Below the pieces are notes generated by a model. It made no database searches and had not been told where the DNA came from. It saw nothing but the letters and a program-made list of their open reading frames with translations. From Mobula hypostoma (taxonomy: Eukaryota), in assembly GCF_963921235.1 (NCBI RefSeq), contig NC_086107.1:116562001-116626000 (forward strand): a stretch of 64,000 nt of DNA. The letters are read 5' to 3'. The position numbers and the translations under genes were made by a program. This document shows positions 23,501 to 38,500 of this stretch, piece by piece. The first letter of the stretch is position 1. The number at the start of each line of letters is the position of its first letter.

Positions 23501-26500
23501 GACTGAGTTCTGGCTAGCCAGTCTTTTGTAACCTCTCCCCTTTAAACAGGGGTAGTGTATGATCACTGAGATTTGCCCGTCCTCCGGGGCTCTCCCTGAC
23601 CCCAGTGATTCCTGAATTACACAGGTGTGAGAGAGTCTGGACTGGCATGAGAGAGGGAGGGGATGGAGATGGGGGGCAAGAGAGGGAGGGGATGGAGATG
23701 GAGGGCAAGAGAGGGAGGAAGGAGAGGGAGGGAGGGAGAGTGATTAGACTGAGGGGGAGGGGAGGGATGGAGAGGGATCAGACTGGGGGGAGGGGAGGGA
23801 TGGAGAGGGAGGGGAGGGATGGAGAAGGAGGGGAGGGATGGAGAAGGATCAGACTGAGGGGGAGGGGAGGGATGGCGAGGGAGTAGACTGAGGGGGAGGG
23901 GAGGGATGGAGAGGGATTAGATTGAGGGTGAGGGGAGGGATGGCGAGGGATTAGACTGAGGGGGAGGGGAGGGATGGAGAGGGATTAGGCTGAGGGTGAG
24001 GGGAGGGATGGAGAAGGGTTAGATGGCGGGGCAGAGTGAGAGACAAGGGCACAAACTAAAAGGATCAGGAGTCTCGTGACCTTCACAGTCACTGGTTCAT
24101 CTCTCACACCCCCTCCCTGTTTCTTTGCCCCTCAGGGGAGGAATGGCTTGTTCAGAAGGTGGGGGCATATCTCCCAGGCGTGTACGAGGAGGTACTGACT
24201 GTTGTGAATGCCTACATCCTGACTGAGAAGGTGAGAGGCTATAGGAGGGAGATGTGTCTCCAGGGTGAATCTTCAAAGTTCAAACAAAGTACTGATATTA
24301 TTGAAGTATGTATACTTGATTCATCTCCTTACCGGCAGCCAGCAAATAAACAAACGAAATAGAACCCATTTAAAATAAAGACCATGAAACACCAGTGTGC
24401 AGAAAATAACAAACTCTGCAAAGAATAAAAGTAAGAAAATAATATTCATAAGTGAAATTCATGAAAGTGAGTCCGCAGTAGCCAGCCACAAAGCCCATCG
24501 TCACTGCAGACGACCCACAGCTTCAGTTCAGTGCAGGGACGAGTAAACCCCGAACCTCGCCTCCAGCCCCAAAACACTGACCTTCTCAATGTGGCCCGGT
24601 ACTTAAATCAGCCTAACCAGGCGGTTCTTCACTCTTGAACCCAGGACTTGTCTCACACCCCCGACACTCCACCCCTCACACCCCCAGACCCTCCACCCCT
24701 CACATCCCCCGACCCTCCACCCCTCACACCCCCGACCCTCCACCCCTCACACCCCGTCCCTCCACCCCTCACACCCCCGACCCTCCACCCCTCACACCCC
24801 CCGACCCTCCACCCCTCACATCCACCGACCCTCCACCCCTCACACCCCCGACCCTCCACCCCTCACACCCCGTCCCTCCACCCCTCACACCCCCGACCCT
24901 CCACCCCTCACACCCCCCGACACTCCACCCCTCACACACCCTGACCCTCCACCCCTCACACCCCGTCCCTCCAGCCCTCACACCCCCCGACCCTCCACCC
25001 CTCACACCCCCCGACCCTCCACCCCTCACACCCCCGACACTCCACCCCGCACACACCCGTCCCTCCACCCCTCACACCCCCCGACCGTCCCCCCTCACAC
25101 CCCCCCCGACCCTCCCCCCTCGCACCCCCCGACCCTCCACCCCTCACACCCCCGTCCCTCCACCCCTCACACCCCGTCCCTCCACCCCTCACACCCCCGA
25201 CACTCCACCCCTCACACCCCCGTCCCTCCACCCCTCACCCCCCGACACTCCACCCCTCACACACCCGACCCTCCACCCCTCGCACCCCGACCCTCCACCC
25301 CTCACACACCCCGACCCTCCACCCCTCACATCCCCCGACCCTCCACCGCTCACATCCCCCGACCCTCCACCCCTCACACCCCCGACCCTCCACCCCTCAC
25401 ACCCCGTCCCTCCACCCCTCACACCCCGTCCCTCCACCCCTCACACCCCCGACCCTCCACCCCTCACACCCCCGACACTCCACCCCTCACACACCCTGAC
25501 CCTCCACCCCTCACACCCCGTCCCTCCACCCCTCACACCCCCCGACCCTCCACCCCTCACACCCCCCGACCCTCCACCCCTCACACCCCTGACACTCCAC
25601 CCATCACACACCCGTCCCTACACCCCTCACACCCCCCGACCGTCCCCCTCACACCCCCGACCGTCCACCCCTCACACCCCCGACCCTCCACCCCTCACAC
25701 CCCCGACACTCCACCCCTCACACACCCCGACCCTCCCCCTTCACACCCCCCCCCGACCCTCCCCCCTCACACCCCCCGACCCTCCACCCCTCACACCCCC
25801 GTCCCTCCACCCCTCACACCCCCGTCCCTCCACCCCTCACACCCCGTCCCACCACCCCTCACACCCCCGACACTCCACCCCTCACACCCCCTACACTCCA
25901 CCCCTCGCACCCCCGACACTCCACACCTCGCACCCCCGACACTCCACACCTCACACCCCCGTCCCTCCACCCCTCAACCCCCGACACTCCACATCTCACA
26001 CCCCCGACCCTTCACCCCTCACACCCCGTCCCTCCACCCCTCACACACCTTGACCCTCCACCCCTCACACACCCCGACCCGCCACCCCTCACACCCCCCA
26101 ACCCTCCACCCCTCACAACCCGTTCCTCCACCCCTCACACCCCCCGACCCTCCACCCCTGACACCCCCCGACCCTCCACCCCTCACACCCCCGTCCCCCA
26201 CCCCTCACACCCCCCGACCCTCCACCCCTCACACCCCCCGACCCTCCCCCCCACATCCCCGACCCTCCACCCCTCACACCCCCCGACCCTCCACCCCTGA
26301 CACCCCCCGACCCTCCACCCCTCACACCCCCGACCCTCCACCCCTCACACCCCCTACACTCCACCCCTCACACCCCCTGACCCTCCATCCCTCACAGCCC
26401 TGACACTCCACCCCTCACACCCCCCGACCCTCCACCCCTCACACCCCCCGACCCTCCACCCCTCACACCCCGTTCCTCCACGACCCTCCACCTCTCACAC

Positions 26501-29500
26501 CCCCGACCCTCCACCCCTCACACCCCCCGACCCTCCACCCCTCACACCCCGTCCCTCCACCCCTCACACTCCCCGACCCTCCACCCCTCACTTCCCGTCC
26601 CTCCACCCCTCACTCCCCGTCCCTCCACCCCTCACACCCCGTCCCTCCACCCCTCACACCCCGTCCCTCCACCCCTCACACCCCCGACACTCCACCCCTC
26701 ACACACCCGTCCCTCCACCCCTCGCACCCCCGTCCCTCCACCCCTCACACCCCCCGACCCTCCACCCCACCGACCCTCCACCCCTCACACCCCCGTCCCT
26801 CCACCCCTCACACCCCCCGACCCTCACCCCTTCTCATCCCCCGACCCTCCACCCCTCACACCCCCCGACCCTCCACCCCTCACACCCCCTGACCCTCCAC
26901 CCCTCACACCCCCGTCCCTCCACCCCTCACACCCCGTCCCTCCACCCCTCACACCCCCGACACTCCACCCCTCACACACCCGTCCCTCCACCCCTCGCAC
27001 CCCTGTCCCTCCACCCCTCACACGCCCCGACCCTCCACCCCACCGACCCTCCACCCCTCACACCCCCGTCCCTCCACCCCTCACACCCCCCGACCCTCCC
27101 CCCTTCACATCCCCCGACCCTCCACCCCTCACACCACCCGACCCTCCACCCCTCACACCCCCTGACCCTCCACCCCTCACACCCCCGTCCCTCCACCCCT
27201 CACACCCCCCGACCCTCCACCCCTCACACCCCCCGACCCCCCTCACATCCCCCGACCCTCCACCCCTCACACCACCCGACCCTCCACCCCTCACACCCCC
27301 CGACCCTCCACCCCTCACACCCCCGACACTCCACCCCTCACACCCCCGACCCTGTACCCCTCACACCCCGTCCCTCCACCCCTCACACCCCCGACACTCC
27401 ACCCCTCACACCCCCGACCCTCCACACCTCACACACCCCGACCCTCCCCCCTCCCCTCACACCCCCCGACCCTCCACCCCTCACACCCCCAACACTCCAC
27501 CCCTCACACCCCCAGACACTCCACCCCTCACACCCCCCCACCCTCAACCCCTCACACCCCCCGACCCTCCACCCCTCACACCCCCCGACCCTCAACCCCT
27601 CACACCCCCCGACCCTCCACCCCTCACACCCCCCGATCCTCCACCCCTCACACCCCCCGATCCTCCCCCTCACACCCCCCGACGCTCCATCACACCCCCC
27701 AACCCTCCACCCCTCACACCCCCGACCCTCCACCCCTCACACTCCCGACCCTCCACCCCTCACACCCCCTGACCCTCCACCTCTCACACCCCGTCCCTAC
27801 CCCTCACACCTCCCGACCCTCCCCCCCTCACACCCCCCGACCCTCCACCCCTCACACCCCCGACACTCCACCCCTCACACCCCCAGACCCTCCACCCCTC
27901 ACACCCCCCCACCCTCAACCCCTCACACCCCCCGACCCTCCACCCCTCACACCCCCGTCCCTCCACCCCTCACACCCCCCGACCCTCAACCCCTCACACC
28001 CCCCGACTCTCCACCCCTCACACCCCGTCCCTCCACCCCTCACACCCCCCCGACCCTCCACCCCTCACACCCCGTCCCTCCACCCCTCACACCCCCCGAC
28101 ACTCCACCCCTCAGACCCCCCGACACTCCACCCCTCACACCCCCCGACCCTCCACCTCTCACACACCCGTCCCTTGCCCCCTCACACCCCCGACCCTCCA
28201 CCCCTCACACCCCCCGACCCTCCACCCCTCATACGCCCGACACTCCACCCCTCACACCCCCCGACCCTCCCCCCTCACACCCCCCCGACCATCCCCCCTC
28301 ACACCCCCCGACCCTCCACCCCTCACACCCCCGACACTCCACCCCTCACACCCCCGTCCCTCCACCCCTCACACCCCTCACACCCCGTCCCTCCACCCCT
28401 CACACCCCCGACCCTCCACCCCTCACACCCCCCGACCCTCCACCCCTCGCACCCCCCGACCCTCCACCCCTCACACCCCACCCCTCACACCCCGTCCCTC
28501 CACACCTCACACCCCGTCCCTGCACCCCTCACACTCCCCGACCCTCCACCCCTCACACTCCCCGACCCTCCACCCCTCACACCCCTGACCCTCCACCCCT
28601 CACACACCCGTCCCTCCACCCCTCACAGCCCTGACACTCCACCCCTCACACCCCCCGACCCTCCACCCCTCACACCCCGTTCCTCCACCCCTCACACCCC
28701 ACGACCCTCCACCCCTCACACCCCACGACCCTCCACCCCTCACACCCCCCGACCCTCCACCCCTCACACCCCCGGACCCTCCAGCCCTCACACTCCCCGA
28801 CCCTCCACCCCTCACTCCCCGTCCCTCCACCCCTCACTCCCCGTCCCTCCACCCCTCACACCCCGTCCCTCCACCCCTCACACCCCCGACACTCCACCCC
28901 TCACACACCCGTCCCTCCACCCCTCGCACACCCGTCCCTCCACCCCTCGCACCCCCGTCCCTCCACCCCTCACACCCCCCGACCCTCCCCCCTTCACATC
29001 CCCCGACCCTCCACCCCTCACACCCCCCGACCCTCCACCCCTCACACCCCCTGACCGTCCACCCCTCACACCTCCCATCCCTCCACCCCTCACACCCCCC
29101 GACCCTCCACCCCTCACACCCCCCGACCCCCCTCACATCCCCCGACCCTCCACCCCTCACACCACCAGACCCTCCACCCCTCACACCCCCCGACCCTCCA
29201 CCCCTCACACCCCCGACACTCCACCCCTCACACCCCCGACCCTCCACCCCTCACACCCCGTCCCTCCACCCCTCACACCCCCGACACTCCACCCCTCACA
29301 CCCCCGACACTCCACACCTCACACCCCCTGACCCTCCACCCCTCACACCCCCCGACTCTCCACCCCTCACACCCCGTCCCTCCACCCCTCACACCCCCCC
29401 GACCCTCCACCCCTCACACCCCGTCCCTCCACCCCTCACACCCCCCGACACTCCACCCCTCAGACCCCCCGACACTCCACCCCTCACACCCCCCGACCCT

Positions 29501-32500
29501 CCACCTCTCACACACCCGTCCCTTGCCCCCTCACACCCCCGACCCTCCACCCCTCACACCCCCCGACCCTCCACCCCTCATACGCCCGACACTCCACCCC
29601 TCACACCCCCCGACCCTCCCCCCTCACACCCCCCCGACCATCCCCCCTCACACCCCCCGACCCTCCACCCCTCACACCCCCGACACTCCACCCCTCACAC
29701 CCCCGTCCCTCCACCCCTCACACCCCTCACACCCCGTCCCTCCACCCCTCACACCCCCGACCCTCCACCCCTCACACCCCCCGACCCTCCACCCCTCGCA
29801 CCCCCCGACCCTCCACCCCTCACACCCCACCCCTCACACCCCGTCCCTCCACACCTCACACCCCGTCCCTCCACCCCTCACACTCCCCGACCCTCCACCC
29901 CTCACACTCCCCGACCCTCCACCCCTCACACCCCTGACCCTCCACCCCTCACACACCCGTCCCTCCACCCCTCACAGCCCTGACACTCCACCCCTCACAC
30001 CCCCCGACCCTCCACCCCTCACACCCCGTTCCTCCACCCCTCACACCCCACGACCCTCCACCCCTCACACCCCACGACCCTCCACCCCTCACACCCCCCG
30101 ACCCTCCACCCCTCACACCCCCGGACCCTCCAGCCCTCACACTCCCCGACCCTCCACCCCTCACTCCCCGTCCCTCCACCCCTCACTCCCCGTCCCTCCA
30201 CCCCTCACACCCCGTCCCTCCACCCCTCACACCCCCGACACTCCACCCCTCACACACCCGTCCCTCCACCCCTCGCACACCCGTCCCTCCACCCCTCGCA
30301 CCCCCGTCCCTCCACCCCTCACACCCCCCGACCCTCCCCCCTTCACATCCCCCGACCCTCCACCCCTCACACCCCCCGACCCTCCACCCCTCACACCCCC
30401 TGACCGTCCACCCCTCACACCTCCCGTCCCTCCACCCCTCACACCCCCCGACCCTCCACCCCTCACACCCCCCGACCCCCCTCACATCCCCCGACCCTCC
30501 ACCCCTCACACCACCAGACCCTCCACCCCTCACACCCCCCGACCCTCCACCCCTCACACCCCCGACACTCCACCCCTCACACCCCCGACCCTCCACCCCT
30601 CACACCCCGTCCCTCCACCCCTCACACCCCCGACACTCCACCCCTCACACCCCCGACCCTCCACACCTCACACCCCCTGACCCTCCACCCATCAAACCCC
30701 CCGACCCTCCCCCCCCACATCCCCCGACCCTCCACCCCTCACACCCCCCGACCCTCCACCCCTCACACCCCCGACCCTCCACCCCTCACACCCCCTACAC
30801 TCCACCCCTCACACGCCCTGACCCTCCACCCCTCACACCCCGTCCCTCCACCCCTCACACCCCGTCCCTCCACCCCTCACACCCCCGACCCTCCCCCCCT
30901 CACACCCCCCCGACCCTCCACCCCTCACACCCCCGACACTCCACCCCTCACACCCCCAGACCCTGCACCCCTCACATCCCCCGACCCTCCACCGCTCACA
31001 TCCCCCGACCCTCCACCCCTCACACCCCCGACGCTCCACCCCTCACACCCCGTCCCTCCACCCCTCACACCCCCGACCCTCCACCCCTCACACCCCCGAC
31101 ACTCCACCCCTCACACACCCTGACCCTCCACCCCTCACACCCCGTCCCTCCACCCCTCACACCCCCCGACCCTCCACCCCTCACACCCCCCGACCCTCCA
31201 CCCCTCACACCCCCGACACTCCACCCATCACACACCCGTCCCTCCAACCCTCACACCCCCCGACCGTCCCCCTCACACCCCCGACCCTCCACCCCTCACA
31301 CCCCCGACCCTCCACCCCTCCACACCCCCGACACTCCACCCCTCACACCCCCCGACCCTCCCCCCTCACACCCCCCCCGACCCTCCCCCCTCACACCCCC
31401 CGACCCTCCACCCCTCACACCCCCGTCCCTCCACCCCTCACACCCCGTCCCACCGCCCCTCACACCCCCGACACTCCACCCCTCACACCCCCTACACTCC
31501 ACCCCTCGCACCCCCGACACTCCACCCCTCGCACCCCCGACACTCCACCCCTCACACCCCCGTCCCTCCACCCCTCAACCCCCGACACTCCACATCTCAC
31601 ACCCCCGACCCTCCACCCCTCACACCCCCCGACCCTCCAGCCCTCACACTCCCCGACCCTCCACCCCTCACTCCCCGTCCCTCCACCCCTCACTCCCCGT
31701 CCCTCCACCCCTCACACCCCGTCCCTCCACCCCTCACACCCCCGACACTCCACCCCTCACACACCCGTCCCTCCACCCCTCGCACACCCGTCCCTCCACC
31801 CCTCGCACCCCCGTCCCTCCACCCCTCACACCCCCCGACCCTCCCCCCTTCACATCCCCCGACCCTCCACCCCTCACACCCCCCGACCCTCCACCCCTCA
31901 CACCCCCTGACCGTCCACCCCTCACACCTCCCGCCCTCCACCCCTCACACCCCCCGACCCTCCACCCCTCACACCCCCCGACCCCCCTCACATCCCCCGA
32001 CCCTCCACCCCTCACACCACCAGACCCTCCACCCCTCACACCCCCCGACCCTCCACCCCTCACACCCCCGACACTCCACCCCTCACACCCCCGACCCTCC
32101 ACCCCTCACACCCCGTCCCGCCACCCCTCACACCCCCGACACTCCACCCCTCACACCCCCGTCCCTCCACACCTCACACCCCCTGACCCTCCACCCCTCA
32201 AACCCCCCGACCCTCCCCCCCCCACATCCCCCGACCCTCCACCCCTCACACCCCCCGACCCTCCACCCCTCACACCCACGACCCTCCACCCCTCACACCC
32301 CCTACACTCCACCCCTCACACACCCTGACCCTCCACCCCTCACACCCCGTCCCTCCACCCCTCACACCCCCCGACACTCCACCCCTCACACCCCCCGACC
32401 CTCCACCCCTCACACCCCCCGTCCCTCCACCCCTCACACCCCCCGACACTCCACCCCTCACACACCTGTCCCCCCACCCCTCGCACCCCCGTCCCTCCAC

Positions 32501-35500
32501 CCCTCACACCCCCCGTCCCTCCACCCCTCACACCCCCCGACCCTCCACCCCTCACACCCCGTCCCTCCACCCCTCACACCCCGTCCCTCCACCCCTCACA
32601 CCCCCGACACTCCACCCCTCACACCCCGTCCCTCCACCCCTCACACCCCCGACACTCCACCCCTCACACCCCGTCCCTCCACCCCTCACACCCCCAACAC
32701 TCCACCCCTCACACCCCCCGACCCTCCACCCCTCACACCCCCCGACCCTCCACCCCTCACACCCCCCGACCCTCCACCCCTCACACCCCCGACACTGCAC
32801 CCCTCACACCCCCCGACACTCCACCCCTCACACACCCGTTCCTCCACCCCTCACACCTCCAACACTCCACTCCTCACACACCCGTCCCCCCACCCCTCGC
32901 ACCCCCGTCCCTCCACCCCTCACACCCCCCGACCCTCCACCCCTCACACCCCCCGACCCTCCACCCCTCACACCCCTGTCCCTCCACCCCTCACACCCCC
33001 CGACCCTCCACCCCTCACACCCCCGACCCTACACCCCTCACACCCCCGTCCCCCCCCCTCACACCCCCCGACCCTCCACCCCTCACACCCCCCGACCCTC
33101 CCCCCCCACATCCCCCGACCCTCCACCCCTCACACCCCCCGACCCTCCACCCCTCACACCCCCCGACCCTCCACCCCTCACACCCCCGTCCCTCCACCCC
33201 TCACACCCCCCGACCCTCCACCCCTCACACCCCCGACCCTCCACCCCTCACACCCCCGACCCTCCACCCCTCACACCCCCTACACTCCACCCCTCACACC
33301 CCCTGACCCTCCACCCCTCACACCCCGTCCCTCCACCCCTCACACCCCGTCCCTCCACCCCTCACACCCCCGACCCTCCCCCCCTCACACCCCCCCGACC
33401 CTCCACCCCTCACACCCCCGACACTCCACCCCTCACACCCCCAGACCCTCCAACCCTCACATCCCCCGACCCTCCACCCCTCACACCCCCGACCCTCCAC
33501 CCCTCACACCCCGTCCCTCCACCCCTCACACCCCATCCCTCCACCCCTCACACCCCCGACACTCCACCCCTCACACCCCCCGACACTCCACCCCTCACAC
33601 ACCCTGACCCTCCACCCCTCACACACCCTGACCCTCCACCCCTCACACCCCCCGACACTCCACCCCTCACACCCCCCGACCCTCCACCCCTCACACCCCC
33701 GACACTCCACCTCTCACACCCCCCGACACTCCACCCCTCACACCCCCCGACCCTCCACCTCTCACACCCCCGACACTCCACCCCTCACACCCCCCGACAC
33801 TCCACCCCTCACACCGCCCGTCCCTCCCCCCCTCACACCGCCCGACCCTCCACCCCTCACACCCCCCGACCCTCCACCCCTCACACCCCCCGACCCTCCA
33901 CCCTTCACACCCCCGACACTCCACCCCTCACACACCCGTCCCTCCACCCCTCACACCCCCCGACCCTCCCCCCCTCACACCCCCCCGACCCTCCCCCCTC
34001 ACACCCCCCGACCCTCCCCCCTCACACCCCCCGACACTCCACCCCTCACACCCCCGACACTCCACCCCTCACACCCCCGTCCCTCCACCCCTCACACCCC
34101 CGACCCTCCACCCCTCACACCCCGTCTCTCCACCCCTCACACCCCCGTCCCTCCACCCCTCACACCCCCGACACTCCACCCCTCGCACCCCCGATACTCC
34201 ACCCCTCACACTCCCGTCCCTCCACCCCTCACCCCCGACACTCCACCCCTCACACCCCCGACACTCCACCCCTCACACCCCCGACACTCCACCCCTCACA
34301 CCCCCCGTCCCTCCACCCCTCACACCCCCGTCCCTCCACCCCTCACACCCCCGACACTCCACCCCTCACACCTGTCTGTCCCTCCTTCATAGAGAGCTCT
34401 CCACCTGCGGGCACTGCAGACTTTCAAGGATTTCCGAGATCGGACCAGGCGGACAGGCGAGGAGTGGCTGGTGACACTGGACGATGCGGAGGCCCACATC
34501 CCGGGAGTGCACGAGGAGGTGGTGAGGGTGGTGGACGTCACCACACTAGGCAGCCGCCAGTACTGTGTGGTCCTCGACCCCGTGGGCATAGACGGCAAAC
34601 CGCAGCTGGGGCAGAAACTGGTAGTCAAGGTCAGGGTTGCTGCCTGCTACCTCCATTTCCCTGGCCTGTCTTCTCCTTCCCGTGTCCCCCGTGTCCCCCG
34701 TCTCTCCCCTCCTTCCCTGTGTCCCCCATCTCTCCCCTCCTTCCCCGTGTCCCCCATCTCTCCCCTCCTTCCCCGTGTCCCCATCTCTCCCCTCCTTCCC
34801 TGTGTCCCCCATCTCTCCCCTCCTTCCCGTGTACCCCGTCTCTCCCCTCCTTCCCCGTGTCCCCCGTCTCTCCCCTCCTTCCCCGTGTCCCCCGTCTCTC
34901 CCCTCTTTCCCCGTGTCCCCCGTCTCTCCCCTCCTTCCCCGTGTCTCCATCTCTCTCCTCCTTCCCCGTGTCTCTCCTCTCTCCCCTCCTTCCCCGTGTC
35001 TCTCCTCTCTCCCCTCCTTCCCCGTGCCCCCCGTCTCTCCCCTCCTTCCCTGTGTCCTCCGTCTCTCCGTTCCTTCCCTGTGTCCCCCGTCTCTCCCCCC
35101 TTCCCCGTGTCCCCCCGTCTCTCCCCTGTCCCCGTGTCCCCCCGTCTCTCCCCTCCTTCCCCGTGTCCCCCGTCTCTCCCCTCCTTCCCCGTGTCCCCCG
35201 TCTCTCCCCTCCTTCCCCGTGTCCCCTGTCTCTCCGCTCCTTTCCCGTGTCCCCCCGTCTCACCCTCAGCCTGTGTGTGCTTTCCCTCAGGGAGAGAAGT
35301 CGTTTTTCCTTCGCCCTGGCGAGCAGCTGGAGGATGGAATCCGGGACACCTACATCCTGTCCGAGGAGCAGGGTCTGGTGCTACGGACGGTTGAGGGCTT
35401 TGACGATGAGGATGCTGTGAGTGACGGCAGCTGAACAAATTCTCTCCCCCCCCACCCTTGCCTGACCTCTCTCCTGCTTCCCCTTTCACTCCTCTCTGCA

Positions 35501-38500
35501 CCCTGCTTCGCCAGCGTGCTCACTCGCGGTCTTCGCCCCGTCTCCACAGGAGGGCAAGGTGATCGCTCGAAAGCCTGGGGACCGCTGGATGATCCGGGGT
35601 CCTGTGGACTACGTCCCACCGGTGATGGTGGAGGTGGTGTCACTGCGTCAGGCTATTCCTCTTGACCAGAACGAGGGTATTTACGTCCGAGACAACAAGA
35701 CTGGCAAGGTATGGGGAAGGGCTTTCTGCTGGGGTGTAGAGCAGTACAGGGCCTTTGATCTACAATGTTATGACGATCTTTTAACCTACTGCAAGATCAA
35801 TCTACCCTTCTCTCCCCACACAGTTCTCTATTTCTCCATCATCCATCTGACTATCCAGGAGTTTCTGAAGTGCAATGAATATATCTTCCCCCACCACCAC
35901 TTCTGCCAGCACGTCCCACGCACCCACCACTCTGCGTGTTTAAAAAAAAATTACCTCTATCATTCCCCCTACACTTTCCTCTAATTACCTTAAAATTCTA
36001 GCATCTTACCCATTTCCACCCTGGGTAAAAGTCTCTGGCTGTCCACTCTGTCTAGGCCCCACACCCTTTATACACTGATATCAAGTCAGCTCTCATCCTC
36101 CTCCCAGGCTTTAATCGTCTGTCAGATGGAAAAGGGGCGAGAGAGAGTGTTGGATCTTTGATTTACCGAAGCAGCAGGAAGTCTGCTCAGAGGCAGAGGA
36201 GGAGAGACTGGTTTCTGTGATGTGACCACAGTTCTCTGCAGTTGCTTCCCCTTATGGGCAGCACAGTTGCCCTTATGAAGCTGTGATACATCTGGAGAGG
36301 ATGCTTTCTACAGCATATCGGGAAATTTGGTGATGGTTGCTGGAGTCATGCCAAATTTCTTCCTCACTGTGAAAATGCCTGAAGGAAAGGGATGGGGATG
36401 GTAATGTTCTGCCAGGAGCTGGGGAGATGTGTACTGTTTGCAATGTTCCACACCCTTTCTCCTTGCCCCCTCTTGTCACTCCACCCTGTAACTCCTTACC
36501 ACCCCCCATTATTCTCTGCCTTTCTCCTCATCCCTTTCATTACCTTCCTTGTCCCATCTTGTTACCTGCCCTGCTTCCTTTTCCCTTTCTGATTGCCCCC
36601 TCCTCATTTCTTGCTCCTCTCGGTACCCCTCACTGCGCCTTCCTATTTATCTTCTCCTTGCATCCCTCCTTTGTTACCTCTGCCCCTTCTCCCTCCTCGC
36701 CATTGCCCCTGCAGGTACGTGCGGTGATTGGGCAGACCTATATGCTGACCCAGGATGAGGAGCTCTGGGCCAAAGTGCTGCCCCCAACTGTGGAGGAGCT
36801 ACTGTGCCTGGACAAGAACCCAGTACTGGACCGCAGTGGCCCGTCCCGCGATGTGGGAGTGGGCAATAGTGGAGAGGGGGCCACGAGGAGGGACCCCACT
36901 CGTGTGGTCACCTTCCGCGTCCCCCACAACGCCGCCGTCCAGATCTATGACTTCAGCAGCAAGGCAGCCAGGTAGGGAGCCTCACCCCTCGCTCACACAC
37001 TCCACCCTTTGTCCCTTATCCTCACTCTCCCTCCCTCGAATTCTCCCCGTTGCCCTCGCACTCCCCCAGCCACAGCCTCCATCCACTTCCCTCCTTTCAT
37101 CCCTCCCCCAGGGTGGTGTTTGGGCCGGACCTGGTGATCCTGGGACCCGACGAGCAGTTCACAGTGCTGAGTCTGTCCGGAGGACGTCCCAAACGGCCAG
37201 GGGTGGTGCGTTCTATCTGCCTGCTGCTGGGTCCCGATTTCTGCACCGACATCGTCGTGGTCGAGACGGCTGATCATGCTCGCCTCCAGCTCCAGCTCGC
37301 CTACAACTGGTGAGGAGGGGAGGGGAGGGGGGTGCGTCTCTCGTCTCTACAACTGGTGAGGAGGGGAGGGGAGGGGGGTGCGTCTCTCGTCTCTACAACA
37401 CAGGTACAGGCCCTTCGACCCACATTATCTGTGCTGAATGAAACTAAATCGCTTCTGTCTGTGCAGATCTCTCCATCCCCTGTACATCTATGTGCCCATC
37501 TAAGGGACTGTTAAACATCTCTGTCGTTTTTACTTCCACCAGCCCTGGCAATTCATGCCCTCTAATATTAAACATTTTCACCCGGGGGTGGGGGGGAGAA
37601 GATACCAGATGGCTGCTTTATCCGAACCTCTCATCTTGTAAACCTCTATCAGATCTCTCCTCAGCCCCCACCCTTCCAGAGAGAACAATGCAAGTTTCCC
37701 TGACCTCTCCTCATAGCTCAGGTTCTCAAACCCAGGCAGCATCCTGGTGAACCTCTGCAGCCTCGCCAAATCCCCACACCCTCTTCAAATCCCCACACCC
37801 TTGGCAAAGCCCCCACACCCTCTTCAAATCCCCACACCCTCTTCAAATCCCCCACACTCTCTCCAAATCCCCCACACCCTCTCCAAATCCCCCACACCCT
37901 CGCCAAATCCCCACACCCTCGCCAAATCCCCACACCCTCGGCAAAGCCCCCACACCCTCTTCAAATCCCCACACCCTCGCCAAATCCCCCACACCCTCGC
38001 CAAATCCCCACACCCTCGGCAAAGCCCCCACACCTTCTTCAAATCCCCACACCCTCTTCAAATCCCCCACACCCTCTTCAAATCCCCCACACCCTCGGCA
38101 AAGCCCCCACACCCTCTTCAAATCCCCCACACCCTCGGCAAATCCCCACACCCTCGCCAAATCCCCACACCCTCGGCAAAGCCCCCACACCCTCTTCAAA
38201 GCCCCCACACCCTCGGCAAAGCCCCCACACCCTCTCCTAATCCCCCACACCCTCTCCAAAGCCCCCACACCCTTCCTGTTGTGGGGCACCCAGAACTAAA
38301 TGTAATACCCAGATGCAGCCGGTCCAGAGGTTTATGAAGCTGCAACATAACGTCCTGACTCTTGAACTCAGTGCCCCGTCTGATAAAGCCAAACACGCCG
38401 TTCGCCTCCCTTACCACCCTGTCAGCCTGTGTGGTCACCTTCAGGGAGCTGTAGACAGGGACCCCAGGATCCCTCAGTAGGTCAACACTTAAGGGTTCTG

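Noticed and set aside
24635..34269. Extensin- or mucin-like Pro/Thr/His ORFs
   Set aside because: Low-complexity translations of the C-rich array with frequent indels.
34471..35501. Long ORFs reading through the intron between coding exons 5 and 6
   Set aside because: The 661-bp intron is not a multiple of 3 and is stop-free only because it lacks A; canonical splice sites give the correct MVP frame.
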